Shown in pieces: positions 48,398-60,563 of a DNA stretch of 64,000 nt. Each line of letters starts with the position of its first letter. Positions within the stretch are counted from its first letter, which is position 1. Position numbers and translations under genes: made by a program. Origin of the DNA: Amphiscolops sp. MND2022 (Eukaryota); assembly GCA_964187785.1 (NCBI GenBank), contig OZ076409.1, positions 17,486,001-17,550,000 of the forward strand, read 5' to 3'. A model generated the notes under the pieces. It was not told the DNA's origin. It was given only the letters and a program-made list of their open reading frames with translations, and ran no database searches.

Positions 48398-49492
48398 TCT
48401 ACCGCATTAGAAATCTTCCGGAAGTACTTGAGAATTTGAACAAAATGTGCTATCACGCGCTTATTAGTGGAAACAGGAAGCTTATTATGAACGAAGTCTA
48501 GCCCTGATCAAGTTAAACTAGTTCAATATATGAAAATCAGACCAACCTGGGTTCGAAGACATGTTCCCTCAGTGTTGTTGTTCCAACGGAAGTTGTTTGT
48601 GCTGAGAAGAAGACTTTGTAGAGCTGAATTGACTACGACAGGGACAAAAGGAAATCTGGGATACTCCGGAGAGGAGAGCTGGAGGAAGCAGTTGTGTAGT
48701 TGTGGACACACAAGGATGAATGACGGTTAGATAAATACAAATAGCAGAAGCAGATATGAATGATCAGAAATGGAATTGGTTTAGAACTTTAATGTAAAGG
48801 AATTGAAGAGTTGGAGTTCGTGGCTGAAGATTATTACCAGACTAATATTATGGGATTATTTACATATTTATTCTGTACATGGAATCTGCCAGCGAAATGT
48901 ACAAAGATTATTTCATTATTTACAACTTATGGAATTATTGGCCGGTTACGGCCGTTTACCCTATTTCGGTTCACCATCTCGTTCCATTTTGTTTGTTGTC
49001 CTAATTGGGACTTCCGTTATTTTAGTTACTCAAATTGTTTTTTCCGCCATTTTGAATTATTTTAATTGATCATTTTCGCCATTTTATTATTCATTTTTCA
49101 AATTTATCAAAGCTCGAATTTGATTGGCTGGAGCCATTTTAGTAGGCTTTATCTGACGCGTGTCGTTAATTGCTATCAAGCTTGATGTTAATTACCCTCT
49201 TGAAGTGGAGTTATTTGTTGTTGTTAACTTAACACCTCTCTGACTACCTACTTGAGAAGGTGGGCTCGGGGGGCAGCGTTCCGATATTCAAAGGGCGAAC
49301 CGCCGCTGAGAAACCCCATTCAGAAAAGTTTACGACGGATCAGACCGATTAGCCAAAGATTTTGCCGCTGAAACGAAACCCCGGGAAAACGGCCCGAGTC
49401 GGCCTGAGGAAAGTTTTATAAATTCATTCAACTTCGAATCTCACTTGCAACTAGTTGCCTTCATAAACTTCAAAATAGCTAAAAAATTCATC

Positions 49493-50275
49493 ATGGATAA
49501 ATACGCAAAATCTGGAAAGCTCTTCGAGATGGCTGAACTGGACTCAGACTCATCAGGCGATTCAGTCATTTACATAAGCAGCGATGAGGAAACCTCAGTT
49601 GATTTGGACTCAGACTGGTCGACGGACACGGACGAAATGATCAGAAGGGTGGAGAAGCAGGTAGTGTCCAGCCCCATTCTAATTGCCGGACGTGTCATGA
49701 CGACTAGCAGTATGGAGGAAGAAATGGTCGCAGGACCAAGCACCAGGCAGCCGGGGCAAGATGTGACTCCCAAGTTAGACACAAAATACTTTGATCACGA
49801 AAGGTGCTATGCCCCGTCAAAGAGAGCGGAGAAATCACGAATTGAGCTCTGCAAGACGCTGCTGCCAGTGCTAGAATCACCGATGTCTCCACCAATCCAC
49901 GAGAGGGGGCCAAGCCAAGACACTCCTCTGGTCCAGCCCGCAGTAAGTGATTTTCATGTGTCTTATCACGTGCAGAACTCGGTGCCCTACCAAAATGTCA
50001 GCGAGACCCAATATACTGGGTGTATGGTTTGCGGCCGCTCTGTGGATGCAATTAAGAGTGAGAGAGTCAGATGGTATATGGAACGATCCACCCCAAGGAA
50101 TGAGCCCGAGCACATCACGAAGTTGAGGAAAGAAGCCTACGAGAATGGGCTTAATGCGGGATGCTTCCTTTTCATAACACCCGCAGTGTCGCAGCCTGCC
50201 GCCTGTGACGGCACGACAGTAACTACTTCGGCAGTTGGTCAAGAATACGTGCCCGGAACCTTACCTATTTATTAA
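49493..50275 (+). CDS. Unknown cargo ORF, 260 aa, acidic/Ser-rich N-terminus and a CMVC motif; ends 89 nt inside the 3' LTR
   Basis: Long, relatively GC-rich ORF in good ATG context (TCATCATGG), with TATAAA ~75 nt upstream. No family recognised. Confidence 0.65.
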   Translation: MDKYAKSGKLFEMAELDSDSSGDSVIYISSDEETSVDLDSDWSTDTDEMIRRVEKQVVSSPILIAGRVMTTSSMEEEMVAGPSTRQPGQDVTPKLDTKYFDHERCYAPSKRAEKSRIELCKTLLPVLESPMSPPIHERGPSQDTPLVQPAVSDFHVSYHVQNSVPYQNVSETQYTGCMVCGRSVDAIKSERVRWYMERSTPRNEPEHITKLRKEAYENGLNAGCFLFITPAVSQPAACDGTTVTTSAVGQEYVPGTLPIY

Positions 50276-52033
50276 GAACTTACAATCGATATCAAACTTT
50301 CACGCCATTTTGTTATTTTGTGCATTATGGTCATTGATGACGCTCATTTTATATACAATTAGTCTGTTAAATCTAACAATTGGAAATTTCAATCGAGTTG
50401 ATGGAGTTGTAAGGCGCTAATTTAAAGCGATAGAAAATACAATGAAACGAGCGACTGTAAGGCAGTATAGGAAACGAGTTCAAGTGACGTACGGCAATGT
50501 ACCGGCAGCGTCACTTGAGCACGTTACCTTAACCAATCATATCGCAGTATGCAATCTCGTTTGTTGTTGCTATTTAATTAATGGCCGAGTAAGGCCAGTT
50601 GCCGCGTTTTCAATATTCTCTTTTGGTACACTGGTCAAATGGCCGGTTCCGTCCCATTAGTTCAAGACTGAAATAAGGTGATAATTTAACATGAAACAAG
50701 TCATGTTTGTTGAGTTTGTGTTTTCATAATAGCCAGATCTCTGTTCATAACTGATGCTTCGCCTTAATACTCAACCTTTTGCTAGGCCCTTAAGGCCATA
50801 TTTCATTAGTACTTGCCTATTAATTAGCCGGCTATTTCCGGCCATTGAGATTGTTACGTTCCTTTGAAAAGTGATGCAGTACATATATTTGGGGCTAATC
50901 GGTTAATCAACGCATATAATTATTAATATGGCAATTGGCCGTATTAGGCCTAATAACATGATGTGCTTCACACTGTTGCAAAGCTAATTTTAGGTCACGT
51001 GGTGGCACGTGCCTGAAAGGAATGTGTGCAATGTTATTTATATTCATGATGAGTACTAGTTCCTTTGATAGACGGAAATTTCATTTGATGCACTAGTAAA
51101 TATTTTGATGCCGCCTTTGATGAATGAATAGTTGTGATTGTAAAATGTTAGGAATTTTCCCAATCGGGACATCACCCTAAAATAGTTGCTTTGAAGTATT
51201 AATACCCGATGCCGTAATAATATTTGTCACATGACCCGTTGAGGACATAACCACATGATATTATCTTGATCAAAGAATCCGTGGAATGTAAGTGTCATCT
51301 TTCAGGAGTATATATAGTTACTTTCCTGCAAAGGGACACACAATTTCCATAACCTTGCTTTGATAAAGATTGATTTATTACAACGACGTTTGTCAGTTTT
51401 CCGGTTTTAATAATTGAATTATTCAACCCGGTTCTGTTTCAATGCCTACCACAAGGAAACAAAAGAAAGCGAGAAAATCAAGAGAGGCAGAAATGTTGTC
51501 AGATATTGAGAATTTAGACATAATGCTTGGAGGAAATCATTATAATAGAAATGAAAGAAGTGAGAGTCTAAATAGCAACCAGGCCAGAAGACCTGGTAGT
51601 CCTTTTGGCGACGAATTTGAAAATGAGGATGAAAATAGGTTATCTAACTCTGAGAACAATGGACCTAGTCCAAATGCCGAACTAGGCCAGAACTCAGCTA
51701 GAGGTAGTTCTAACGCCGAGATCAACAGACCGTCGAGTGAGTTGAATTCCCGTATATCTCGGGAGATGGATGAGATGATGAACAGCGTCAGTGTGCAGAT
51801 TCAAAGAGCTATAAGTGAGGCAATTAGTAATCAAGTTCTTCCCCAGATTCAAAATGCCCTTATGACCGATTCTGGACATATGACCAAAGAGAGATGGAAC
51901 GTTCCGTCTGAGAGACCGGAAGGATATTCTGAAGTTCTGCGTAATTCGGACTCAAGAAACAATTTGAAGAGTAAGACACTTGGTGACCGTCAGAAGGACG
52001 GATTCACATTACCGGACACCCGTGCTTACGACA
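50187..52033 (+). repeat. 3' LTR (1847 bp), including a truncated copy of the gag N-terminus (ORF 51442-52053)
   Basis: Direct repeat of 35751-37597, followed by the AGTCA TSD. Confidence 0.97.
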
Positions 52034-52398
52034 AGTCACAGACAGAAAAATGATGATTTTTATCTGACAATGAGAAGTTTTAAAATCAAAACACATTAGC
52101 ATAATCGGGAGAATTTGGGGGCGTTTTTTGCTAAGAAGTTTTGGAAAGTTTTTTTCAACTTCCTAAAAAATTGGGGGTGAATGCATTTCTGAATAAATTT
52201 GACCAAAAGTTCAACTTCTGTAATTGCGGTCGAAGAAAATGATATAAACAATTTTTCCAGGTTGACACTTTCATTATGGAGTTTCAAGAAGTTTAGATTT
52301 GAATTTTGTTAAGCAAGGGAGTAGCGTACAATACTGTAAACTTTATATGTACAATTGTATAAAAAACTGAATTTTCGCAAAAAGCGAATGGGAAAAAT

Positions 52399-53107
52399 AA
52401 CAAGCCGGGACCGGCCCAAGTCGGCGCCATATCCAAGGCTCAAAAATAGGAAAAGGACTTCCAAGTGTCATTTTACAGTACTCGAAAATCGAAAAAGCAA
52501 AAAATATAAACCAAGTGGCGCGCCGGGGCCCGCTAGCGCGAGCCCCTGGCGCGCTAAAAGGGGGACACTTCCGAAATTGTCAACATTTTTGTCGCAGTTG
52601 AAGGGGGACCCTTTGGAGAAAAAACAAATTTTCGAAAAAAAAGTCTCACAATGCCGAAAAACTGAAAGGGGGACCTTTTGGGGTTTTTCAACATCCATTC
52701 TGTCGCAAAACATAAAAAACTTGAAGAAGGGAAAATTTTTATTTTCGGGAAAAAAATCTCACAGTGCCGAAAAAAATCGAAAGAGGGGACCTTTCTGGAT
52801 TTTCCAACATCCATTCTGTCGCAAAACAGCAAAAAAATTGAAGGGGGACCCTTCGGGAAAAATTTTTTTCCGAAAAAAAAGTCTCGCAGTGCCGAAAAAA
52901 ATTGAAAGGGGGGACCCTTTGGTCTCACCCGGTATGGTATGTTACAGGAAAAACTTTTTTGGTTCAGTTCGTTAGACCAAATAGTGAAATTTGGTGCAAT
53001 AATATTTTGTAGAACTTTTAAGAACTATTTTGATCAGTTCGTGCGGATTGAAAAAAAAAGAAAAGCCACTATAATAATTGCGTTTCACTTCATTAAGCGC
53101 CGACTAA
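52399..53107 (-). mobile_element. HINE (Helentron-type non-autonomous element)
   Basis: Sub-TIR AGTCGGCGC (52419) / GCGCCGACT (53097), terminal hairpin GCCGG-GA-CCGGC (52404-52415), internal GGGGGACCC tandem units, and T/A-run insertion context. Confidence 0.72.
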
Positions 53108-53570
53108 AAATAGCCCTGAATTTTGATATCTTCTATAAATAATAACAAAATTCAGAGCTATTTTTATTTATATTATTCCAATATAGGTTATTCGAAAATC
53201 AAACAAACATTCTACACTTTTGTTAGGAACTTGAAATGTAGGTTTGCTAATAATAAAGATGACACCTTTTTTCATTGACTGTATTTACTCCTGACTTGGC
53301 AATTGAGACATCATTTTTAGCTCATTATGTAACATTTGGTTTTTAAGTTTAAATGTGAAGAGACTCCTGAAGACATTCAACTCTTTTACTTCAAAGTTAT
53401 AGGTTTTTGTTGACAAGTTTTCTATCTTTCATTTCATTTACTTTCTTAATACGGGGGACTCTTAATACGGGACTTTTTTGCTAAGAATGTGGATTATTTT
53501 GAATTTAGACTTTTGTTTCGACATCAATAATAGCAATAAAATGTGGTAATTAAAGTGATTTGGTCCGGGG

Positions 53571-53722
53571 AGCGGAATAATGTCTAAGTACAAAACAGCA
53601 ATAACGTCTGAAACCAAGTCATGCTCATTCCCTATGTTAAAACATTGAATTTTAAACGTTATCCCTATACACGTTATTCCCGAAACACTCTTAGACGCTA
53701 TTCCTTAGACGTTATTTGCGCT
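53571..53722. mobile_element. Small MITE-like repeat (TTAGACGTTATTCC units), copy 1
   Basis: Inverted ends AGCGGAATAATGTCTAAG / CTTAGACGTTATTTGCGCT; a second copy lies at ~59714-59838. Confidence 0.6.
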
Positions 53723-54265
53723 ACTACTTTTTCCCTTATCTTGAACAATCAATTTGTCTTTCCACTGCCATAACTTTATGAAGAGATTGAAAGAAGTTCC
53801 CATGTAAAAAGGCCAGCTTTGTTTACATGTAGTCCAAGTTTTTTGAGAAATTAAACGTACAGTTCTCTTACACAATTGTATGTCGATCGAGACAAAAGCC
53901 AGCATTGTCCATTTTCAAACGTGGAAAGAGCGAGCATGAATGCTGGAATCGATCGTTTTTATAAAACCAAGGAGCAACATAGCTGGAAGTCACGGACAAG
54001 AATGTGCTAATTTAGTTGAAGTCACGCTGAAACATGGGTAATTTTCACTTGAAATGTCTCCATTTCCAAAAAAGTTATTTTCAAATTGTTGCTTTTATCT
54101 CAGATGTAAATGCAATCTTGCAGTACTCATTTGAATGCGATAAACATTATTTCTTCACGCTTTCATTCGTAAAACGATATTTTAAAGCACAATTGCTTTT
54201 TAAAAAAACACAAAGCTTCACGTTAATAATGGCGAAGTCCGCCTACTATAAAATCACGGAAAATA

Positions 54266-56262
54266 TCACAATTTCATTATTGTTTCGTTATTTTCAAAGA
54301 ATGCCGAAAATTTGTTGATCACTTTCTGGCGTTCTGATTGGCTGTTTTCGGCCAATTGTATTCTACCGATTGTTAGTTTGAACAGTCCATCCCAAGTAAA
54401 GGTGCCATATCTGTTCTTTCGGTTATTAGAACTTCCAATTTTTTTTGTTATTCTCGCATTCCCGTATTCCACGTCTTCCGGAATCTTTCCTCGGAATTTT
54501 ACTTTGTTTTTGTTCACATCTTGGTATCTGTTTGTGATCTTTTGTTTTCCGGGTAATTTCAGTATCTTTTCATCCAGTGGCATTATCGTTATCGGTGATC
54601 CGGTATCAATTATGCATTCTTTCTTTGTCCAGTTTATCTTCACTAATGCCGTGTAGTGTTTGTTCATTTCTTCGATTTTCTTCATTTCTTTTGATATGGT
54701 GTATACTTTTTTCTGATTCTTTCGATGTTTTGTCCCGGTCATCGGTTTCTTCTTCGGTTACTCTTTTCACTTTTCTGTTTTTTTTGTGTATTTCTGTTTA
54801 CACACTTTTGCGTAATGCCATTTTTCCCGCAATTCTTTCAGTTTGTTTCTAATGCTGGTCACTTATGTAATCATATGCACAAAATCTGCACGGTCTGTTT
54901 CCTGTCGATGTAGTTTTTAGGCGGTGCATTCCGTAGAACAACACAGACTATAGTGGTGACTTTTCTTTTTCTAGTCGGCGTTTTTCGTAGTGACTTTTCT
55001 TTTTTTCTTTCTTTTTTTAAGACCAACGAAGTCACTACTTTATAAGCTGGCTTCCACTAACTGCAACAGTAATGTAGCTTCTTCTGCTTCTGATGTTGTG
55101 GATTTTTTGAGGTCTGCCAAGCAGAAGGACGTGGATTCGAGTCTCGACGTTGACCAATATTTTTTTGTGCCGGTTATTTCGGCTTTGTGAGACTTTTTTT
55201 GCAAATTATTTCATTGGTCTCCCTTCAATTTTTTCCTATTTTGCAAGAGAAAGGATGTTCAAAAAGTCCCACAGGCCCCCCTTTTACGTTTTTCGGCACT
55301 ATGCAACTTACTGGAGACCAAAGAAATTTTCGAAAAAATTTTTTAAAAAATTCGGAAACTTCTTTCACTTTTTCCCCATGTGGTACTGTAGAAGAGAATA
55401 CTTGACTCTTTGAAGTCATTTTGCTATTTTTGAGCCTTAGATATGCCTCCGATTTGGGCCGTTTCCGGCTTCTTGGCTCGCACCGAATTTTTCCATTCCT
55501 TGCATCGGTTCTTCGTTGAATGTGTGCCTTTGCTTTGCGGAAATTAACGCCTCCGGTATCGTATTTTTCTTGTTTTTTTTCGTATGTGTCTTGTTTGATT
55601 ATTTCGATCGTCTTTTTCAGTTTTAGTGTCTTTTCTCTCATCATTTTGTCCCGTATTTTTTCCTCGATGATTGCTGTCATATATTTGGATATCGAAAGTT
55701 CTTCGGTTGAGATTGCGCTGAAATTACACTCGTTTTTCGATTTCGATCAGTCTTCTCCGGAATTTTTCGGGTGTCTCTTCTTCCGTTTGTTTTGCCTAAA
55801 AGAAATCTCCACGGTTGTCGTAAGTGTTCCGCTTCGGTAAGTAGTACTCGGTGAATAACCGAATTAAATGTTCAATTTTGATACTTTCCGGTTCCGCTTT
55901 ATATTCGCCACGGGCTATTTGGTACAGCGTTTCGGGTCCAACTCCCCAGATGAAGTCTTCCTGGACTAGTTGTTCTTTTCCGCTCCATCCGGAATTGGTC
56001 ATGTCTTCTGTTTTTATTAGTGGTGTAATGTCTATTTTAGTAAACTGTCGAAATCGCTCTAACCACTGTTTCGGTGTGATTATTGCCTTTCCATCCGAAG
56101 CCCTTGCTTCTAGGTTCGGTATAGGGTTTGTTGCTGACATGTTTCTAATTTAGGAAGGTTTCATTTTGTTTAAAATTTGGCTGACTGCGCCTTGTTCTAT
56201 TCTCACTAACTATCAATTTTAGATATAAGAGAATGTGGTAAGAGAATATCTATAGTTCACCA
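54266..56262 (-). pseudogene. Decayed Gypsy gag-protease with PBS
   Basis: Gag-like PKQWLERFRQF and protease IIDTGSPITI. On the minus strand, ...TTACA GT TGGTGAACTATAG (LTR end at 56265, then PBS). Interrupted by a HINE. Confidence 0.75.
54916..55474 (+). mobile_element. HINE copy inserted in the decayed Gypsy gag
   Basis: 5' TAGTCGGCG (54972; degenerate copy at 54916) and 3' TTTTGAGCCTTAGATATG...GGGCCGTTTCCGGCTTCTT. Confidence 0.62.
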
Positions 56263-56803
56263 ACTGTAATGTAGATACTAAATGTTCATAATAAGCATCT
56301 AATTAAGTATGAATTTGAGTTTTGTTTATCAAGAGTAACCAGGTGGACGAGGCAGTTTCTGACAGTTTATGAACCGAAGCTCGGTAGAGGTCAGCAGGAG
56401 TCCGGAATGAACCGAATATGGCAGTATTCTCTTTGACTGTGCGTAGATATGTGCTAATTCCATTGGAAGTGGTCCACATTCATTGAAAAGATCGCAACTA
56501 CGTAACAGAATGCCCTCCCAAAATTGAAACTTTTAATTAGTACAGTGATGAGCTCATGGAGGGAAGAACCAATGAACACTGCGGATTTCATGAAAGACTT
56601 AAACGGAGCTTTGAATTGAAAAAACGACATTTTTTGCAAATAGAGCTATAATTCAGTACTTGTTTTTCTTTTGTCATTATAATTTGCTACTTTTGTTCTT
56701 CAAGAAGCTTTCATACGTTTCTTTCAATTTTTTCATGTATTTTTTCAATAGATTGGTTATTTGTTTGACATTTACAAGTAATTTTCCACTTTTTGAATTA
56801 CTT

Positions 56804-57348
56804 TTAGTCGGCGCATTTTAGTAGAAAATGTGCCCGACTCTTACAGTGGGTAGTTTTTTTTAGACGCGTAAGGTCCACTTTTTTGTTCATTTGTTCAACA
56901 GCGTCAAACCTCAACAACTTTGAACCTCAACAACTCGAACCTCAAAAGCGCCCAAAACGAAAAGAAGAAACAAAACAGACGTCCAGAACCTCGAAATCAC
57001 ACTAAGGATCCCCATAGCCCCACGTTTTTTCAGCACTATGCGACTTTTTTTGAAACTTTTTGGATTGCACCATAGGGTCCCCCCTTCATTTGTTTCGACA
57101 TTTTGCAACACAATGGATGTCAAAAAATCCCAAAGGGTCCCCCCTTTTACATTTTTCAGCACTGTGACATTGTTCAAAAATCTCATTTTAAATTTTTTTT
57201 GGGAAATTTTTTCAAGTCCCCAGAGGGCTCCCCTTTAATTTTTTTCATATTTTGAAACCAGCTGGAGTTTCACAAAGCCCGAAGGGTCCCCCCTTTTACA
57301 ATTTTGAGCCTTAGATATAGCGCTGACTTTGGCCGTTCTCGGCTTGTT
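56804..57348 (+). mobile_element. HINE copy
   Basis: 5' TTAGTCGGCGC; 3' GCGCTGACTTTG-GCCGttctCGGC-TTGTT; internal GGGTCCCCCC units. Confidence 0.72.
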
Positions 57349-59549
57349 TTTGTTTAAACAAAGTAATTTACTTCTCGAAAAAGAGATGATCTTGACGTTG
57401 AACGTTATAAAATTTGTGAATTCACAAATGAACAACCTTATACACCATTCCACATTGACAAGCAGAAAAAAACTAAAAAAAGACGTAGAATTGATCTTAC
57501 CTGCCGCCACTGAGTTGATCGTGTAGAATCTCTGACCAAAGACTACTTTAAACTGCTTTTTGAAATGTCTGCATTTGAATGTGAATTCACCCAAAAGATA
57601 CGAAATTCAAAAGCTACCAAGTTAACTCCTTGTACTTAACATAAGCATTAAGTAAAGACTTACTTGTGTGTTTATATATATGTTTATGTGTTCAATTTGA
57701 GCACATTCATATGTGATTATTTCATAGCTGTACCGTTAGCTTAGCTAGACAAGGTTTCGTGCTTCGATAGTAAACGTCCTGGGGCTATTTTCTATTCTCA
57801 ATTGAGTTTGAATGAAGTCAGTACAAGTCTGTAAAAAAGCGGTCGAGATCAGTTGGTGTCTCGAAACAGATTTTTGGAGTTCTTGGTTATTTTAAGTGTT
57901 GTGTCCTGTCACTCCTATGGCGTTTTTATCAAAGCTTTCCATACTTCGAAAGTGAACTATACAAATAGCATTTCTGATATACCGCATTTAACGTTGCTTG
58001 GGATTTAATGTCAGTGATTCGAATGAAGCGTATTTTTCCGTTTTTGTATCTTACCGAGAAAAAGGGGTTTGGGTTCGAATCTAACCATAGTCGAATTTTT
58101 GTATTTTTTGAATTAAACGGATAGGTTCTCTGGACAAACGTAAATTATGTAACAAAATTCGGATGTCAGGTTGAAACCGGGTCAAAGAGTCTAATCAATG
58201 TTGAATTTGTCAAAATTTTAGAAGCGAAGTTTGGAAAGTTCGGGAGACATTGAAACTTTCGGATTTTCGGCATTCCGAGACTAAACTAAGACTCAAAGAT
58301 TTCGGAAACTTTTTGCTGTTAAATTTCTTTTTTTTATTTCTTCACCTTGCTTCGGAGATTTTTCAACTAAAAGTTTGACTGTGCTGCATTTTAGCATTTC
58401 ATTCTAATATAAACACGTGCCACAGCAAATACTTTTTGAATATGTTCTTCACACGTTTTTTGAACAAATATTTTCCAAATTGCTATTATTTCTGCGTAGC
58501 TAATTAGGTCGCCCGAAATTAGCTCGTCGCACGGGAGTTTTTTTCCAACTTTTTTTCAAGGTTAAAAGTAATTTTAGCTTAGTCTAAGAATTTTACCAAG
58601 AGGTTGGAATACTATGTCCATTGGCTAAAGCTTTAGTTGTGTTAAAACTCTATCGTCTGTATAGGTCCGCGGATTTAGATTTCATAGCTTCAAAAAAATG
58701 TTCCACTCACTGATTTTCAAGAGAAGCACAATCCAAAACCGGTTGAAATTTGAGTGAACATTCATGGCACGCCTATGTCAAACACGTAACTCACGTTTGC
58801 TTTCCAATTGCTTTTTCACATTTAAAAGATGAAATATTAATGACCCGTTTTCCGACTTAATTTACATATGCAATATGCGATATCCACATGCCCACATGCT
58901 CAATTGGGAAATCTGTTCTTCTTATTCTAGTTATTCTTTTTCTAGTTATTCAGTGATTAACTAGGATTTCTACTGAAGTATAACTAACAACAAAAGTATA
59001 ACTAACAACCCTTCGGAAGTTTGAAAGTTTGAGGGCAAGTTTTGTATGAGTACTTGTACCTTTATGCTCGGTACTGCTATGAATACATGATATGCCTTGT
59101 TTTTATCTCGTCTACAACACAAGCTGCCTTTCCTTTGAGATGCCCCATTCTAAGGTTTGTGATTTGTTTTGCAAGTGATTGTTTGAGCGCGTGGTAAAAC
59201 GTTAAAAAAACCTCGAAGCAAGAAACTCTCAAAAAGGGCGCTTTCTCATGAAGTATAGAGCCAATTAGTACAGTGGTTTTTCACCAGTTCATTTTTCAAT
59301 TCCCTGGTGGTGACCAAAACAGGCTCAGCAAAGGTCGTTTTGCTTGAAACCTGAAGAGCATCCAACGGAGCCAAAAATACCCTTTGGTTATTTCCATTTT
59401 TGTTGTTTTTTGAGACCAATGGAGTTTTTGATGTGTTTGATTTTCTCCTTCTCGGTTTCCTTGACAAGTCGCTGCTCGTCAATAAGTTGCATGTTTTTCA
59501 GCAAAAAAGTTCATGAGCAAGAAGTATGGTTACAGAAGTTAAAGTAACA

Positions 59550-60075
59550 GAGGACAAAATACATGCGGACATATTAAAAGGGGACAAGATACCATGAAGT
59601 CTAGACATCAGAAAATACTAGACAGTCAGAAAACCCAGGCGACAAAATACCAGAAATAAACAATGGCGCGTGAAAGCAGGGCAGAATTACAACAATTGAG
59701 CAAAGTTAAGGAGAGCGGGAATAACGTCTAAGGCCAAGTCATGCTCATTCCCTATCTTAAAACATTGAATTTTAGACGTTATTCCTTTAGATGTTATTCC
59801 CGAAACACTTTTAGACGTTATTCTTTAGACGTTATTCTAAACTATATTGCTACTAAAGTTAACAATGAAGTATTTCGTTGATTATTGAGTTACAATATTG
59901 CTTGTATGCATTGAATGCTTCATTTCGTCAAAACCAGCCGCTGATAAAGAATGGCACCTCGCTCCGCTTCGCTCGGCTAGAAGTTTACGGTGCTGGTATT
60001 TTGTCCTTGTGGTATTTTGTTCCTATGTATTTTGACTTTGTAGTAGTTTGTCCTCTGGTATTTTGTCCTGACACC
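59550..60075. mobile_element. Decayed MITE with inverted GGACAAAATACC / GGTATTTTGTCC subterminal repeats, containing copy 2 of the TTAGACGTTATT MITE (59714-59838)
   Basis: The motif occurs several times in forward orientation at 59550-59655 and in reverse at 59994-60070, ending CCTGACACC. Confidence 0.55.
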
Positions 60076-60104
60076 AGAAGTATATATGGCGATATTATGA
60101 ATAA

Positions 60105-60563
60105 AACAAACAGGGAACAACATAAGTCGGCGCCATATCTAAGGCTCAAAAATAGCAAAAGGACTTCAAAGTGTCAAGTACTCTTTTACAGTACCTAAAA
60201 AACCCAAAAGTTGGAGCGAATCGGCGCGCTAAAAGAGGGGGGAGGGGTTTGCGATTTTTCAACATCCATTCTGTCGCCAAACATCAAAAAAATTGAAGGG
60301 GACTCTTTAAGAAAGTTTTTCCGGAAAAAAAGTCTCACAAAGTCGAAAAAACCTGAAAGAGGGGACCCTTTAGTCTCGCCGGGTATGGTATGTTACGCGG
60401 AAAAACAGGAAAAACCTTTTTGGTTCAGTTCGCTAGGCCAAATAGTGCAATTTGGTGCAATAAAATTTTGTAGAACTTTTAGGAACTATTTTGGTAAGTT
60501 CGTGTGGGTTGAAAAAAAGAGTCACTATAATAGTCGCGTTTCAATTCATGAAGCGCCGACTAA
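60105..60563 (-). mobile_element. HINE copy
   Basis: AGTCGGCGC (60125) / GCGCCGACT (60553); the body is similar to 52399-53107. Confidence 0.72.

Larger units (their letters stand above)
35751..52033 (+). mobile_element. Full-length young Gypsy/Ty3 LTR retrotransposon with cargo genes (16,283 bp)
   Basis: Two 1847-bp LTRs (TGTCG...CGACA), 5-bp TSD AGTCA (35746-35750, 52034-52038), and intact gag and pol in PR-RT-RH-IN order. Confidence 0.97.

Noticed and set aside
43932..49490. Cargo gene as a simply nested autonomous hAT transposon
   Set aside because: No TIR pair or 8-bp TSD was found by eye and catalytic motifs are absent. Not fully excluded without comparing other copies.
44173..50275. 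Env gene in the Gypsy cargo region
   Set aside because: The main ORF is antisense, and neither ORF shows a signal peptide, furin/fusion layout or C-terminal TM anchor.
51442..52053. Independent 203-aa gene
   Set aside because: It is the LTR-borne duplicate of the gag N-terminus, ending in flanking DNA.
52355..52975. 206-aa Lys-rich ORF and similar ORFs at 55225, 56911 and 60211
   Set aside because: Translations of HINE internal tandem repeats.
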